DNA of 64,000 nucleotides from a virus: positions 32,001 to 96,000 of the IMG/VR virus record IMGVR_UViG_3300043449_002510. One strand, written 5' to 3'. The position numbers and the translations under genes are program-made. Position 1 is the first letter of the stretch. Each line of letters begins with the position of its first letter. The notes under the pieces are model-generated. The model was given only the letters and a program-made list of their open reading frames with translations, searched no databases and was not told the DNA's origin. Below are positions 1-9,204 of this stretch, in pieces.

Positions 1-1
1 T

Positions 2-220
2 GGCGATAGAATTTATTTTACAAAAGATGCAACTGGCCGTGTTTATTATTTTGATATTACAAAAAATATAGTAGTACCATCTACAACTATTCCTTATGGT
101 ATGGGTTCTGCAATAATTGGTAATAGAATAGAAATTATTCAAACAGAAGATGGCTTAAAATATCTTTATATAATGCGTCACAGCAGCCAAGAGTTTTGGA
201 GAACCTTATTATATTTATAA
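2..220 (+). CDS. 3' end of a virion/tail-associated protein (5'-truncated by window), beta-rich
   Basis: Open frame from base 2 (GDRIYFTKDATGRVYYFDI...QEFWRTLLYL*) to TAA at 218-220; same strand as the structural cluster. Confidence 0.6.
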   Translation, partial: GDRIYFTKDATGRVYYFDITKNIVVPSTTIPYGMGSAIIGNRIEIIQTEDGLKYLYIMRHSSQEFWRTLLYL

Positions 221-224
221 AATT

Positions 225-383
225 ATGACTATAGACGAATTATTATCAATTTTAAATAATAAAATGAATAATCTAGTATCACAAAAAGGCAATGCTTTTC
301 TTTCTGGTGATGCAGAAACAGTTTTAAAAATTGAATCTGAAATTGCAAATTTGCAATTAATTATCGATAAATTAAAATCTTAA
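225..383 (+). CDS. Small hypothetical helical protein (52 aa), not in the ORF track
   Basis: ATG 225 to TAA 381-383: MTIDELLSILNNKMNNLVSQKGNAFLSGDAETVLKIESEIANLQLIIDKLKS; fills the gap exactly, with the next ATG at 385. Confidence 0.65.
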   Translation: MTIDELLSILNNKMNNLVSQKGNAFLSGDAETVLKIESEIANLQLIIDKLKS

Positions 384-384
384 T

Positions 385-651
385 ATGCCATACACTTCTC
401 CACAAGCAGCTTTAGTAAAATCAGTTGGTGGATTTGGTTCTATTTTTGTAAATACGACCGGTCTTTATACTGGAAATTTTTGCGCTATTCAAGCGGTGGA
501 AGATTGTAGATTTTTATCTTTAGTTTGTCCAGAAATGGAAAATGCAAGCGGTTGGGTAACAAGCAATCAACTTTTGCCAGCAGGAATGATGATAGCTTCA
601 AACTTTACTTCTGTTAGTATTACTGGTGTTGCAGTACTTTACAAACATTAA
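385..651 (+). CDS. Small hypothetical virion-associated protein
   Basis: 88-aa ORF tightly packed with neighbours; beta-rich. Confidence 0.7.
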   Translation: MPYTSPQAALVKSVGGFGSIFVNTTGLYTGNFCAIQAVEDCRFLSLVCPEMENASGWVTSNQLLPAGMMIASNFTSVSITGVAVLYKH

Positions 652-654
652 TAT

Positions 655-3600
655 ATGATAGGAATTTCCAGTTCAAATGTAGGATATTCGAGATCTGCTG
701 TTGACGCAAAAATCGCAGCAATACCAAAGGTTTCTGGAGTTGTTTATACAACTGGAAATCAAAGCATTAGTGGGTCTAAAACATTTTTAAATGGCTTAAA
801 TGTTTCTGGAACTGAGGTTATTAGTTCAACAGGTGTATCAAATGTACCCTTAATTGTATCTGGAGTCAGCGGTCAAAGCGCCCACTTATTTAGGACGATA
901 AACGGAGCAAATGGAAGAATATTGACTTCATCAAGAAGTGATGGAACTCTTGCCGCCAATAAATTAGTTTTATTTAGAGATTCATATGGAAGTGATTTAG
1001 ACATTATTACGATGTCTATTAAAGATAATAATCAAGGTTTGTTAATTTATACTTATGGATCATATTATTGTTTTTCAAATCAAACTCCTGGAAAATTAGT
1101 CTCTGTTGGCGGATATATCGGCGGAACTGGAGATGAAGGATATTTTGCTTTAGGCGGGACAACCGTAACTCCAACTACAAATGGAGATGTATTTTTAAGG
1201 CGTGATGCAGCAAATATTTTTGCTCAACAAAATGGTGTAAATTCCCAGACTTTTAGAGTCTACAATACTTATACCAATACAAATAATTTTGAAAGAGCCA
1301 AAGTTGGCTGGAATAATAACGCCTTAGAAATTGGCACAGAGCAGGGTTCTACAGGTGGGCTTCCTAGAGACATAAAATTTTTGACGAGTGGAGTAGAAAG
1401 AGGTTATTTATCTGCGGATGGTTCATTATTTGCAGTGTCAGGAGTTTTGCAAGCTGGAGTCGGAAACAATAATAGCGCTCCGCAGATAAGAATGGGTGGA
1501 GTTTCTTCTAGCCAATATGCAGGATTTTCAAGAGGAAGTGGCGGCGGAGGCAATGGAGACATACTTGTCTGGAATGGTGGAGTAATGAAAACAGTTTTTT
1601 CTTATCAAGGAGTTTTAATTTCCTCTGATAATGCTTTAATGTTTTCAGATGGAACAAATCCAATTGGTATAAATTCAAAAAATGTTACACTCAGAAGAGA
1701 TGGAAATGGAATCTTGGCTCTAAGAAGTCATACTTTTGATACTAATAATACTCCACAACAATTTAGAATTTATAAAGATGTAAGTGCTACTACTGGCCAA
1801 TTTGGATTAGCAGGTTGGTCTGGTGATAATTTTGTTTTAGGGGCGCAGGCTTTTACTGGCGGAGTTGTATGGAATACAATTATTACTGGTAATTCAATTA
1901 ATTTACTTCCAAAGACTGGGATAGTTAATGTTAGTGGTCAAATTTTGACTAATCAGCGTCCATTGGTCAATGGAACAGGAGTTCTTCTTAGCGGCGAAGC
2001 AGCATCTTTGCCAACTACAATTGTTTATACCACTGGCAGCCAAACCATCTCTGGAAACAAAACTTTCACCGCAGATTTAAAAGCCAGTTCTCTTATCATA
2101 GAACCAGGAAGTTTTAGAATTTTTGATAATGTATTTTCTGGAGACGTTTTGAGTTTAACAGAAGGTTCATCTTTTGTTTTGGGAGCTGGCGCTTCTCAAA
2201 TCGATATATATAATCAAACAATTACTGGTTTTGGAATCTATTCTGATAACATTTATCAAAATGGAAACTTAGTAATAACAACTGCTGATACTGGAAACTT
2301 TTTAACAACATCATCTAATGTTGTTTATACTACTGGATCACAAAATATTACTGATTTAAAAACATTTGAATCTATTCGAATAGGAAATGATGCTGGAATA
2401 TATTTAACTGGTGGAAATAGTCAAATTATTTTCTATGATTCTTATTCTCCATTAGAAGCTCTTAGACTTGAACAAGAATTATTTGATTTAAAAGGGCCAG
2501 GTAATCAAATAATTAGAGTATATAATGGATTAATTGCAGGATTTAGTGAAATTTATTCTGAATATGTATATGGAGATAATTTAGTTTATTTAACCGGCAA
2601 CCAAACAATAACTGGAACTAAATATTTTAATAATGTTTACGCCAATAATCTTTATGTAAATGGTACTGAAACTATTGTTAACACAACTAGTTTAAATGTT
2701 GCAGATAATTTTATCTATTTAAATGCCACTGGAGGAGTAAGAGATGCTGGAATATTTATTAATTTTGCCTCTGATTCAGGAAGCGGCGCTTATATTGGTT
2801 GGGATATACCATCCAACTCATGGAGATTTGGAAGTGGAGTTTCTGAAACTGATTTAGGAACTTTAGATTACATTGCTTCTCAAAGCTGGGTAATAGGTCA
2901 ATCTTATGTAAATACTGGTCAAACTGGTATATTTTTAACTGCTGCTTCTAACGTAGTATATACCACTGGAAATCAAAATATAAGTGGAGTTAAAATTTTT
3001 AATGATGAAGTTATCGCTACTGGATCTTTGACTTTATCTGGAAATGGTGCCCTTTTAAAAGAGGCGGGAACATTTGGAGTACGTTTAGTACCGGCTTACG
3101 GCAGTAGCGCTTGGAGAGTTTCTCTTAACAACGTTCCCAACAATACATATTGCTATTTTGGTTATCATGGTGGCTTTAGAAATGGTTTTTGGAATAATTA
3201 TCTCGGAACTTTTGGGTGGACAGCAGATGGTAATGCTGCTAATACACCAGATACACTTTTAAGTAGAGATGCTGCTGGTATAATAGCTCAACAAAATGGA
3301 GTAAACGCCCAAACATTTAGGGTTTATAATACATACTCCACAACTGGAAGTTTCGAAAGAGCTAAATTAGGTTGGAACTCTAATGTTCTTGAAATTGGTA
3401 CTGAGCAAGGTTCTACTGGCGGAGTTGCAAGAAATTTAGCTTTAGTAACCAGCGGTCAACAAAGAGTTACTGTTGATACTATTGGCAGAGTTGGCATCAA
3501 TACAACTTCTCCTTCGGAAAGATTAAGTGTTAATGGTAACATATTAGTAACTGAATATATAATTAATGCCTCCAATTTAAGCGGCTTAAACACAAATTCT

Positions 3601-6600
3601 ATAGGCGTCAATGCGGGAATCAATGCAACAGGAGCAACTTATTCAAATTTCTTAGGAAATTATGCTGGTTATCAAGCGACCAACGCATTAAAATCAAACT
3701 TTTTAGGTGGATATGCTGGAAACGCTGCAATAAATTCTTCACAAAGTAATTTCTTGGGATATTATGCTGGATTTGGAGCAACAAATGCGAATGATTCAAA
3801 TTTTATTGGTCAACAAGCTGGTCAAAATGCAAATAACGCCAATAATTCTAACTTTTTAGGAAATTATGCTGGTGGTTTTGCAGTTAGTGCATCTAACTCA
3901 ACTTTTATAGGATCATTAGCTGGTTATGAAGCTGTCAGTGGAAACGATAGTAATTTTCAAGGAAATAGAGCTGGTTATCAAGCAAGCGGCGCGAATAATT
4001 CAAACTTTTTAGGTTATCAAGCTGGTTATCAAGCTTCATTAGCAAGGAATAGTAATTTTCAAGGTTATCAAGCTGGTTATCAAGCGACAAGTGGAAACGA
4101 TAGTAATTTCCAAGGATATCGCGCTGGTTATCAAGCTACTAGCGCTAATCGCTCTAACTTTTTAGGATATCAAGCTGGATATCAAGCAACAAATGCATTT
4201 GAATCAAACTTTTTTGGTTATTATGCTGGTTTATCAGCAACAACTGCTAATAATTCTAATTTCTTGGGAACTTTCGCTGGATGGAATGCAGTGAATGGTA
4301 ATAATTCTAACTTTTTTGGATATGCTGCCGGTACTGCTGCAACAAATGCATATCGTTCAAACTTTTTAGGATATTATGCTGGATATGCAGCAACAAATGC
4401 TTATAACTCAAATTTCTTAGGATTTTATGCTGGATATCAAGCTATAAATACTATTAATTCTAATTTCTTGGGATCAGAAGCTGGATATCAAGCAAGTGGT
4501 GCTGACAATAGTAATTTCCAGGGTTTCCAGGTGGGCTATCAGGCAACGAATGCTAATAGTTCTAGTTTTTTTGGTTATCGTGCCGGTTACCAAGCTGCGA
4601 GCGCTAATAACTCTAATTTCTTGGGACAAGAAGCAGGCTATCAAGCTTCTGGCGCTAATAGAAGCAATTTTCAAGGTTATCGTGCTGGTTACCAAGCGGC
4701 AAGCGCAAATCAATCAAATTTCTTGGGATATCAGGCTGGATATGTTGCGACAAATGCATATAGCTCTAACTTTTTTGGATTTCTTGCTGGTTATAATGCT
4801 ATAAATGCAAACAATTCTATTTTTATAGGAGATTATGCTGGTTATAGTTCTACAAATGCAAATAACTCTAATTTCTTAGGAAAACAAGCTGGAAGAGAAA
4901 CTAATGTAGTTTACTCAAACTTTTTAGGAGCTTCAGCTGGATATTTAGCTGCTAGCGCTAGTTATTCTAATTTCTTAGGAAATTACGCTGGATATTCTGG
5001 AGCACTCGCAAGTAATTCTAACTTCTTAGGAAATAACGCTGGGTATTTGGCAGTATATGCATATTACTCAAATTTCTTAGGCTATAGGGCTGGAAATCTT
5101 GCATCGAACGCTGATAATTCCAATTTCTTAGGACAAGATGCAGGATATCAAGCAACAAGCGGCAATAATAGTAATTTTCAAGGTTATCAAGCGGGATATC
5201 AAGCGACTGGCGCTAATAATTCAAATTTCTTAGGAAATCAAGCTGGATATCAAGCGACAAGTAGTAACAATTCAAACTTTTTAGGATATAGAGCGGGTTA
5301 TCAAGCTACAAGTGCTAGTAATTCTAATTTCGTTGGAAATACCGCAGGTCAATCTGCGCCAAATGCTAATCGTTCAAATTTCTTTGGACAACAAGCTGGA
5401 TATTTTGCAACAAGCGGTAATGATTCTAACTTTTTAGGATATCAAGCTGGAAGAGAAGCAGTAAGCGCTAATAACTCAAATTTCTTTGGGTATCAGGCCG
5501 GTTATCAAGCAACAAATGCTTTTAATTGTAATTTCTTGGGACAATATGCAGGGTATCAAGCAAGCGGCTTAAAACAATCAAACTTTTTAGGTAATGCTGC
5601 TGGTCAAAATGCAACTAATGCTGAATTTTCAAACTTTTTGGGTGCTAGTGCCGGTTTTAATTCTACAAATGCATATCATTCAAATTTCTTTGGAAGCAAT
5701 GCGGGTAGAGATGCAGCAACTGGACAATATTCAAACTTCTTTGGATTTAACGCTGGTAGAGAAGCGGTAAATGCTAATAATTCAAACTTTTTCGGATGGT
5801 TTGCGGGTTATCAAGCAAGTGGAGCTAGTAATTCTAATTTCTTAGGAAATTATGCTGGACAACAAGCCACAAATGCAAATAGATCAAATTTCTTTGGCTT
5901 AAATGCTGGTAATGGAGCGAGAAATGCAGCTGATTCAAATTTCTTTGGAAATTTAGCTGGCCAAAGTGCAATAGCTGCTGTATATTCTAACTTTTTAGGA
6001 TTTCAAGTTGGTTATCAAGCGAGTGGTGCAGAAATTTCTAATTTCTTAGGATATCAAGCAGGATATCAAGCAAGCGGCGCAAGTCATTCATTCTTTGCTG
6101 GTTACAGAGCTGGATATCAAGCTCCCAACGCCAATAACAGCATCTTCATTGGTCGAAGTGCTGGTGTTAATGATACAGTTAACAATGCAACTAATAAATC
6201 CTCCATTCTCATTGGTAACTATACTTCTACCAGCGGATATTCTGACAGTATTGCAATTGGTCAAGGTGTTGCAAACAGTGCAACACAACAGTTAAACATT
6301 GGAAATGTTTTATACGCAACAAATATAAACAATGCAACTACTCCAACTTCAACTCCTGTATTAGGAAGAGTTGGTGTGCGCGTAGCAAATCCTCAATATA
6401 CTCTTGACATAAATGGCTCTGGCAATTTCTCCAGCGGCATTTATGTAAGTGGTAATTCTACTTTCTACAACAATTTATCGATAAGCGGCCACTTATCTGC
6501 AACATCCAAAGCATTCAAAATAAATCATTTATCCAAGCCAGGAAAATATTTAATTCACGGCGCTTCTGAAGCTCCAGAGTGGACTGTTTTCGTCAGAGGG

Positions 6601-6825
6601 AAAACGGATGAACCAATAATCAGCTTACCAGATTACTGGTCATGGCTTGTTCACGAAAATTCTGTCACTTGCACAATAACGCCAATTGGCAAGCCAATGA
6701 ACTTATACATTGTAGAACAAACAAATGAAAAAATAGTAATTGGCGGCTTGGAAGCTGGCGGCAGCTACAATTATATTGTTTACGGCGAAAGAAAAGATAT
6801 TGACAAATTAATTCCTGAAATTTAA
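655..6825 (+). CDS. Long tail fibre/adhesin with 14-aa beta-roll (YadA-head-like) repeats and a C-terminal chaperone-like domain
   Basis: 2056 aa, G/N/S/T-rich; VYTTGNQ hinge motifs; GRVGINTTSP fibre motif; long NSNFLGYQAGYQAT repeat tract; C-terminal SKAFKINH...LPDYW domain typical of phage fibre ends. Confidence 0.8.
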   Translation: MIGISSSNVGYSRSAVDAKIAAIPKVSGVVYTTGNQSISGSKTFLNGLNVSGTEVISSTGVSNVPLIVSGVSGQSAHLFRTINGANGRILTSSRSDGTLAANKLVLFRDSYGSDLDIITMSIKDNNQGLLIYTYGSYYCFSNQTPGKLVSVGGYIGGTGDEGYFALGGTTVTPTTNGDVFLRRDAANIFAQQNGVNSQTFRVYNTYTNTNNFERAKVGWNNNALEIGTEQGSTGGLPRDIKFLTSGVERGYLSADGSLFAVSGVLQAGVGNNNSAPQIRMGGVSSSQYAGFSRGSGGGGNGDILVWNGGVMKTVFSYQGVLISSDNALMFSDGTNPIGINSKNVTLRRDGNGILALRSHTFDTNNTPQQFRIYKDVSATTGQFGLAGWSGDNFVLGAQAFTGGVVWNTIITGNSINLLPKTGIVNVSGQILTNQRPLVNGTGVLLSGEAASLPTTIVYTTGSQTISGNKTFTADLKASSLIIEPGSFRIFDNVFSGDVLSLTEGSSFVLGAGASQIDIYNQTITGFGIYSDNIYQNGNLVITTADTGNFLTTSSNVVYTTGSQNITDLKTFESIRIGNDAGIYLTGGNSQIIFYDSYSPLEALRLEQELFDLKGPGNQIIRVYNGLIAGFSEIYSEYVYGDNLVYLTGNQTITGTKYFNNVYANNLYVNGTETIVNTTSLNVADNFIYLNATGGVRDAGIFINFASDSGSGAYIGWDIPSNSWRFGSGVSETDLGTLDYIASQSWVIGQSYVNTGQTGIFLTAASNVVYTTGNQNISGVKIFNDEVIATGSLTLSGNGALLKEAGTFGVRLVPAYGSSAWRVSLNNVPNNTYCYFGYHGGFRNGFWNNYLGTFGWTADGNAANTPDTLLSRDAAGIIAQQNGVNAQTFRVYNTYSTTGSFERAKLGWNSNVLEIGTEQGSTGGVARNLALVTSGQQRVTVDTIGRVGINTTSPSERLSVNGNILVTEYIINASNLSGLNTNSIGVNAGINATGATYSNFLGNYAGYQATNALKSNFLGGYAGNAAINSSQSNFLGYYAGFGATNANDSNFIGQQAGQNANNANNSNFLGNYAGGFAVSASNSTFIGSLAGYEAVSGNDSNFQGNRAGYQASGANNSNFLGYQAGYQASLARNSNFQGYQAGYQATSGNDSNFQGYRAGYQATSANRSNFLGYQAGYQATNAFESNFFGYYAGLSATTANNSNFLGTFAGWNAVNGNNSNFFGYAAGTAATNAYRSNFLGYYAGYAATNAYNSNFLGFYAGYQAINTINSNFLGSEAGYQASGADNSNFQGFQVGYQATNANSSSFFGYRAGYQAASANNSNFLGQEAGYQASGANRSNFQGYRAGYQAASANQSNFLGYQAGYVATNAYSSNFFGFLAGYNAINANNSIFIGDYAGYSSTNANNSNFLGKQAGRETNVVYSNFLGASAGYLAASASYSNFLGNYAGYSGALASNSNFLGNNAGYLAVYAYYSNFLGYRAGNLASNADNSNFLGQDAGYQATSGNNSNFQGYQAGYQATGANNSNFLGNQAGYQATSSNNSNFLGYRAGYQATSASNSNFVGNTAGQSAPNANRSNFFGQQAGYFATSGNDSNFLGYQAGREAVSANNSNFFGYQAGYQATNAFNCNFLGQYAGYQASGLKQSNFLGNAAGQNATNAEFSNFLGASAGFNSTNAYHSNFFGSNAGRDAATGQYSNFFGFNAGREAVNANNSNFFGWFAGYQASGASNSNFLGNYAGQQATNANRSNFFGLNAGNGARNAADSNFFGNLAGQSAIAAVYSNFLGFQVGYQASGAEISNFLGYQAGYQASGASHSFFAGYRAGYQAPNANNSIFIGRSAGVNDTVNNATNKSSILIGNYTSTSGYSDSIAIGQGVANSATQQLNIGNVLYATNINNATTPTSTPVLGRVGVRVANPQYTLDINGSGNFSSGIYVSGNSTFYNNLSISGHLSATSKAFKINHLSKPGKYLIHGASEAPEWTVFVRGKTDEPIISLPDYWSWLVHENSVTCTITPIGKPMNLYIVEQTNEKIVIGGLEAGGSYNYIVYGERKDIDKLIPEI
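3595..6200 (+). repeat. Degenerate coding tandem repeat, 42-bp/14-aa unit, about 60 copies (consensus NSNF(L/F/Q)GYQAGYQA(T/S))
   Basis: Visible in protein and DNA (aattctaatttcttaggatatcaagctggttatcaagc variants); copy number estimated from length/42. Confidence 0.9.
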
Positions 6826-6831
6826 AAAAAT

Positions 6832-7107
6832 ATGAACTACGAAAATAGACAATATATGATATTTAATGTTAGTGAATTATCTAATATTAATTTTTCGGAA
6901 GTTTTAGAAACTTCTTCGGAAACAGTCCGAAAAAGCGTGGATGGTAGTAAAACTTTTGTTAAATGGGATGGCGAAAATACTCCACCCTCTGTTGAAGCTT
7001 TAGTTACAAAAGAGGGGCCATATACTTACTCAGAAATTTTGTCAATTTTGCAAACTCCAGAATGGACGCCGCCCGCCACAATTGGAGAATTAGCAAATGG
7101 CAACTAA
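6832..7107 (+). CDS. Hypothetical protein preceding the LamG-like cassette (possible fibre adaptor or chaperone)
   Basis: 91-aa ORF overlapping the next start; function inferred from context only. Confidence 0.65.
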   Translation: MNYENRQYMIFNVSELSNINFSEVLETSSETVRKSVDGSKTFVKWDGENTPPSVEALVTKEGPYTYSEILSILQTPEWTPPATIGELANGN

Positions 7108-7759
7108 TTACTCGCCTTCAATTGTTAAAGATGGATTGGTGCTTCATTTAGATGCAGCAAGCCCAAAAAGTTATGCTAGTGGAAGTGTCGTTTGGTATGA
7201 TTTAAGTAAAAATGGAGTTAATGGCGCTTTAACGAATGGTCCAACTTTTGATTCAAGTAACGCAGGAAATATAACTTTTGATGGATCTAATGATTATGTT
7301 AATTTCGGAACATATTCTCCTAATATTAATACAGTCGATGTATGGTTTAAATTATATGGTACAAATTCAATTGTTTGTCTTGGTAATGATGCAAATGACT
7401 CTAGCCAGTGGAGTTGGAGTATTTTTAGATACATAAATTCATTATATATTAGAGGAAATCCAGGTGGTATGGGAAGTATAAGTATAGATGTTTCTAATAT
7501 TTTATCTAAATGGACAAATGTAGTAATGATAAGAAGAAGAGCGTCTGACAGTAAATGTGCAGCATATATAAATGGCAAATTTTATAATTCGTCAAATGAC
7601 TCTACACTAACTGATACATATCCAAATTTAAGAATTGGAAAAGGTGGTACAAATTATACAAGCATGTCATTAAGTTGTTTAAGATTATACAATAGAGAAT
7701 TATCAGAATCAGAAATTTTTCAAAATTATAATGCCACCAAAGGGAGATTCAATTTATAA
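7097..7759 (+). CDS. LamG/concanavalin A-like lectin-domain protein, paralog 1
   Basis: DGLVLHLDAASPKSY...WYDLS...FDGSNDYV...LRLYNRELSESEIFQNYNA motifs. Confidence 0.8.
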   Translation: MATNYSPSIVKDGLVLHLDAASPKSYASGSVVWYDLSKNGVNGALTNGPTFDSSNAGNITFDGSNDYVNFGTYSPNINTVDVWFKLYGTNSIVCLGNDANDSSQWSWSIFRYINSLYIRGNPGGMGSISIDVSNILSKWTNVVMIRRRASDSKCAAYINGKFYNSSNDSTLTDTYPNLRIGKGGTNYTSMSLSCLRLYNRELSESEIFQNYNATKGRFNL

Positions 7760-7761
7760 TT

Positions 7762-8439
7762 ATGGCAACAATAGGAGGCCCCCCAATTATAACAAATGGA
7801 TTGGTTTTGCATTTGGATGCAGCCAATGAAAAAAGCTTTAAATCGGGGAATACTATTTGGCGTGACTTGAGTAAAAATGGCAATAATGGAACATTAACTA
7901 ATGGGCCGACTTTTAGTTCTGCTAATAATGGAAGTATTGTTTTTGATGGAGTTGATGATTATGTAACTGGAAGCATTTCATCGATATCTAATTGGACATT
8001 GAATATATGGCTTTTATCAACAAATATTTCATCTAAGTTTGTATATTATCCATTTTCATGTGCAATTAATTCAAGTACTACATATGGTGCGGGAATAGGT
8101 TTTGGAGGAACTTTTGATAGTATTGTACAAAATAAATGGTATTTTTATGATGGAAATATATCGTTTAGTAGCGATGCAACTTCAGTAGTTATTAACAAAT
8201 GGTATAATTTAGTAGTAACTAAAAATTCAACTTCTTATAATTTATATACAAATGGATTATTTTCTTTAAATGCAACCGGAGTTAACTTGACATGTAGCCA
8301 ATATTCATTAGGTAGACGATTAGATGGTATATGGAATTCAGTTGGATCAATATCTCAAGCGATGATTTATAATAGAGAATTGACAGCGCAAGAAGTATTA
8401 CAAAATTATAACTCAACCAAAGGAAGATTTAATTTATAA
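7762..8439 (+). CDS. LamG/concanavalin A-like lectin-domain protein, paralog 2
   Basis: Same N- and C-terminal motifs; WYNLVVT...LYTNG LamG core. Confidence 0.8.
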   Translation: MATIGGPPIITNGLVLHLDAANEKSFKSGNTIWRDLSKNGNNGTLTNGPTFSSANNGSIVFDGVDDYVTGSISSISNWTLNIWLLSTNISSKFVYYPFSCAINSSTTYGAGIGFGGTFDSIVQNKWYFYDGNISFSSDATSVVINKWYNLVVTKNSTSYNLYTNGLFSLNATGVNLTCSQYSLGRRLDGIWNSVGSISQAMIYNRELTAQEVLQNYNSTKGRFNL

Positions 8440-8442
8440 AAT

Positions 8443-9168
8443 ATGGCCTTTAAACATTCACCAACGATCATCACAGATGGGCTCGTCTTATGTTTGGACG
8501 CGGCCAGTCCAAAAAGCTATACCAGTGGTAGCGCCACTTGGTATGACTTAAGCAGAAACGGCAACAATGGCACTTTAACAAATGGCCCGACTTTTAGTTC
8601 TGAAAACAGGGGAAGTATTGTATTTGATGGGACAAATGATTATGGAAGTGTTCCATGTTCAAAATTTCAATCTGGCAATAACGAATTTTCTATGGCAGTC
8701 TGGTTTAAATGGAGAGGAGATGGATCGGCTAATATAGATGGTATTTTCGGTTATGGATTGGATGCGCCGGGAGGTGGTCAATGCGCAGTTATAGCTATAG
8801 ATGCTTCTAGTTTTTTAGCATTTGATTTCGGGTCTGGGGCTGGGTTGGTTAAAAGTTTATCAACTATGTCTCAAAATATTTGGTATTATGCAATTTATGT
8901 TTATGATAAAAGTACATCAAAATTATATTTAAATGGAAAAATAGAAAATTTTACAAATTACTCTTCTGCAAATGTAAACTTAACCGGAAGTAATGGCGCA
9001 AATGCTGGAATAGGTTGTCTTTTTAGTCCTTATGGCAACGTTTCTAGTCCTCAACGATATGGCACATTTAATGGAAATATTTCTATAATTAAATATTATA
9101 ATCGTGCTTTATCAGCGTCTGAAGTTCTCCAAAATTATAATGCAACTAAAGGTAGATTTAATTTATAA
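8443..9168 (+). CDS. LamG/concanavalin A-like lectin-domain protein, paralog 3
   Basis: Same motifs; KLYLNG...FNGNISIIKYYNRALSASEV. Confidence 0.8.
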   Translation: MAFKHSPTIITDGLVLCLDAASPKSYTSGSATWYDLSRNGNNGTLTNGPTFSSENRGSIVFDGTNDYGSVPCSKFQSGNNEFSMAVWFKWRGDGSANIDGIFGYGLDAPGGGQCAVIAIDASSFLAFDFGSGAGLVKSLSTMSQNIWYYAIYVYDKSTSKLYLNGKIENFTNYSSANVNLTGSNGANAGIGCLFSPYGNVSSPQRYGTFNGNISIIKYYNRALSASEVLQNYNATKGRFNL

Positions 9169-9204
9169 AATAAACCATTAAAAAAGTGTAAAATATATAT
9201 ATAA

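Noticed and set aside
3595-6200. Regular repeats that could be mistaken for a CRISPR array or DGR template/variable repeats
   Set aside because: Units are in-frame, degenerate at synonymous positions and lack unique spacers. No adenine-specific repeat pair or reverse transcriptase is visible in the window.
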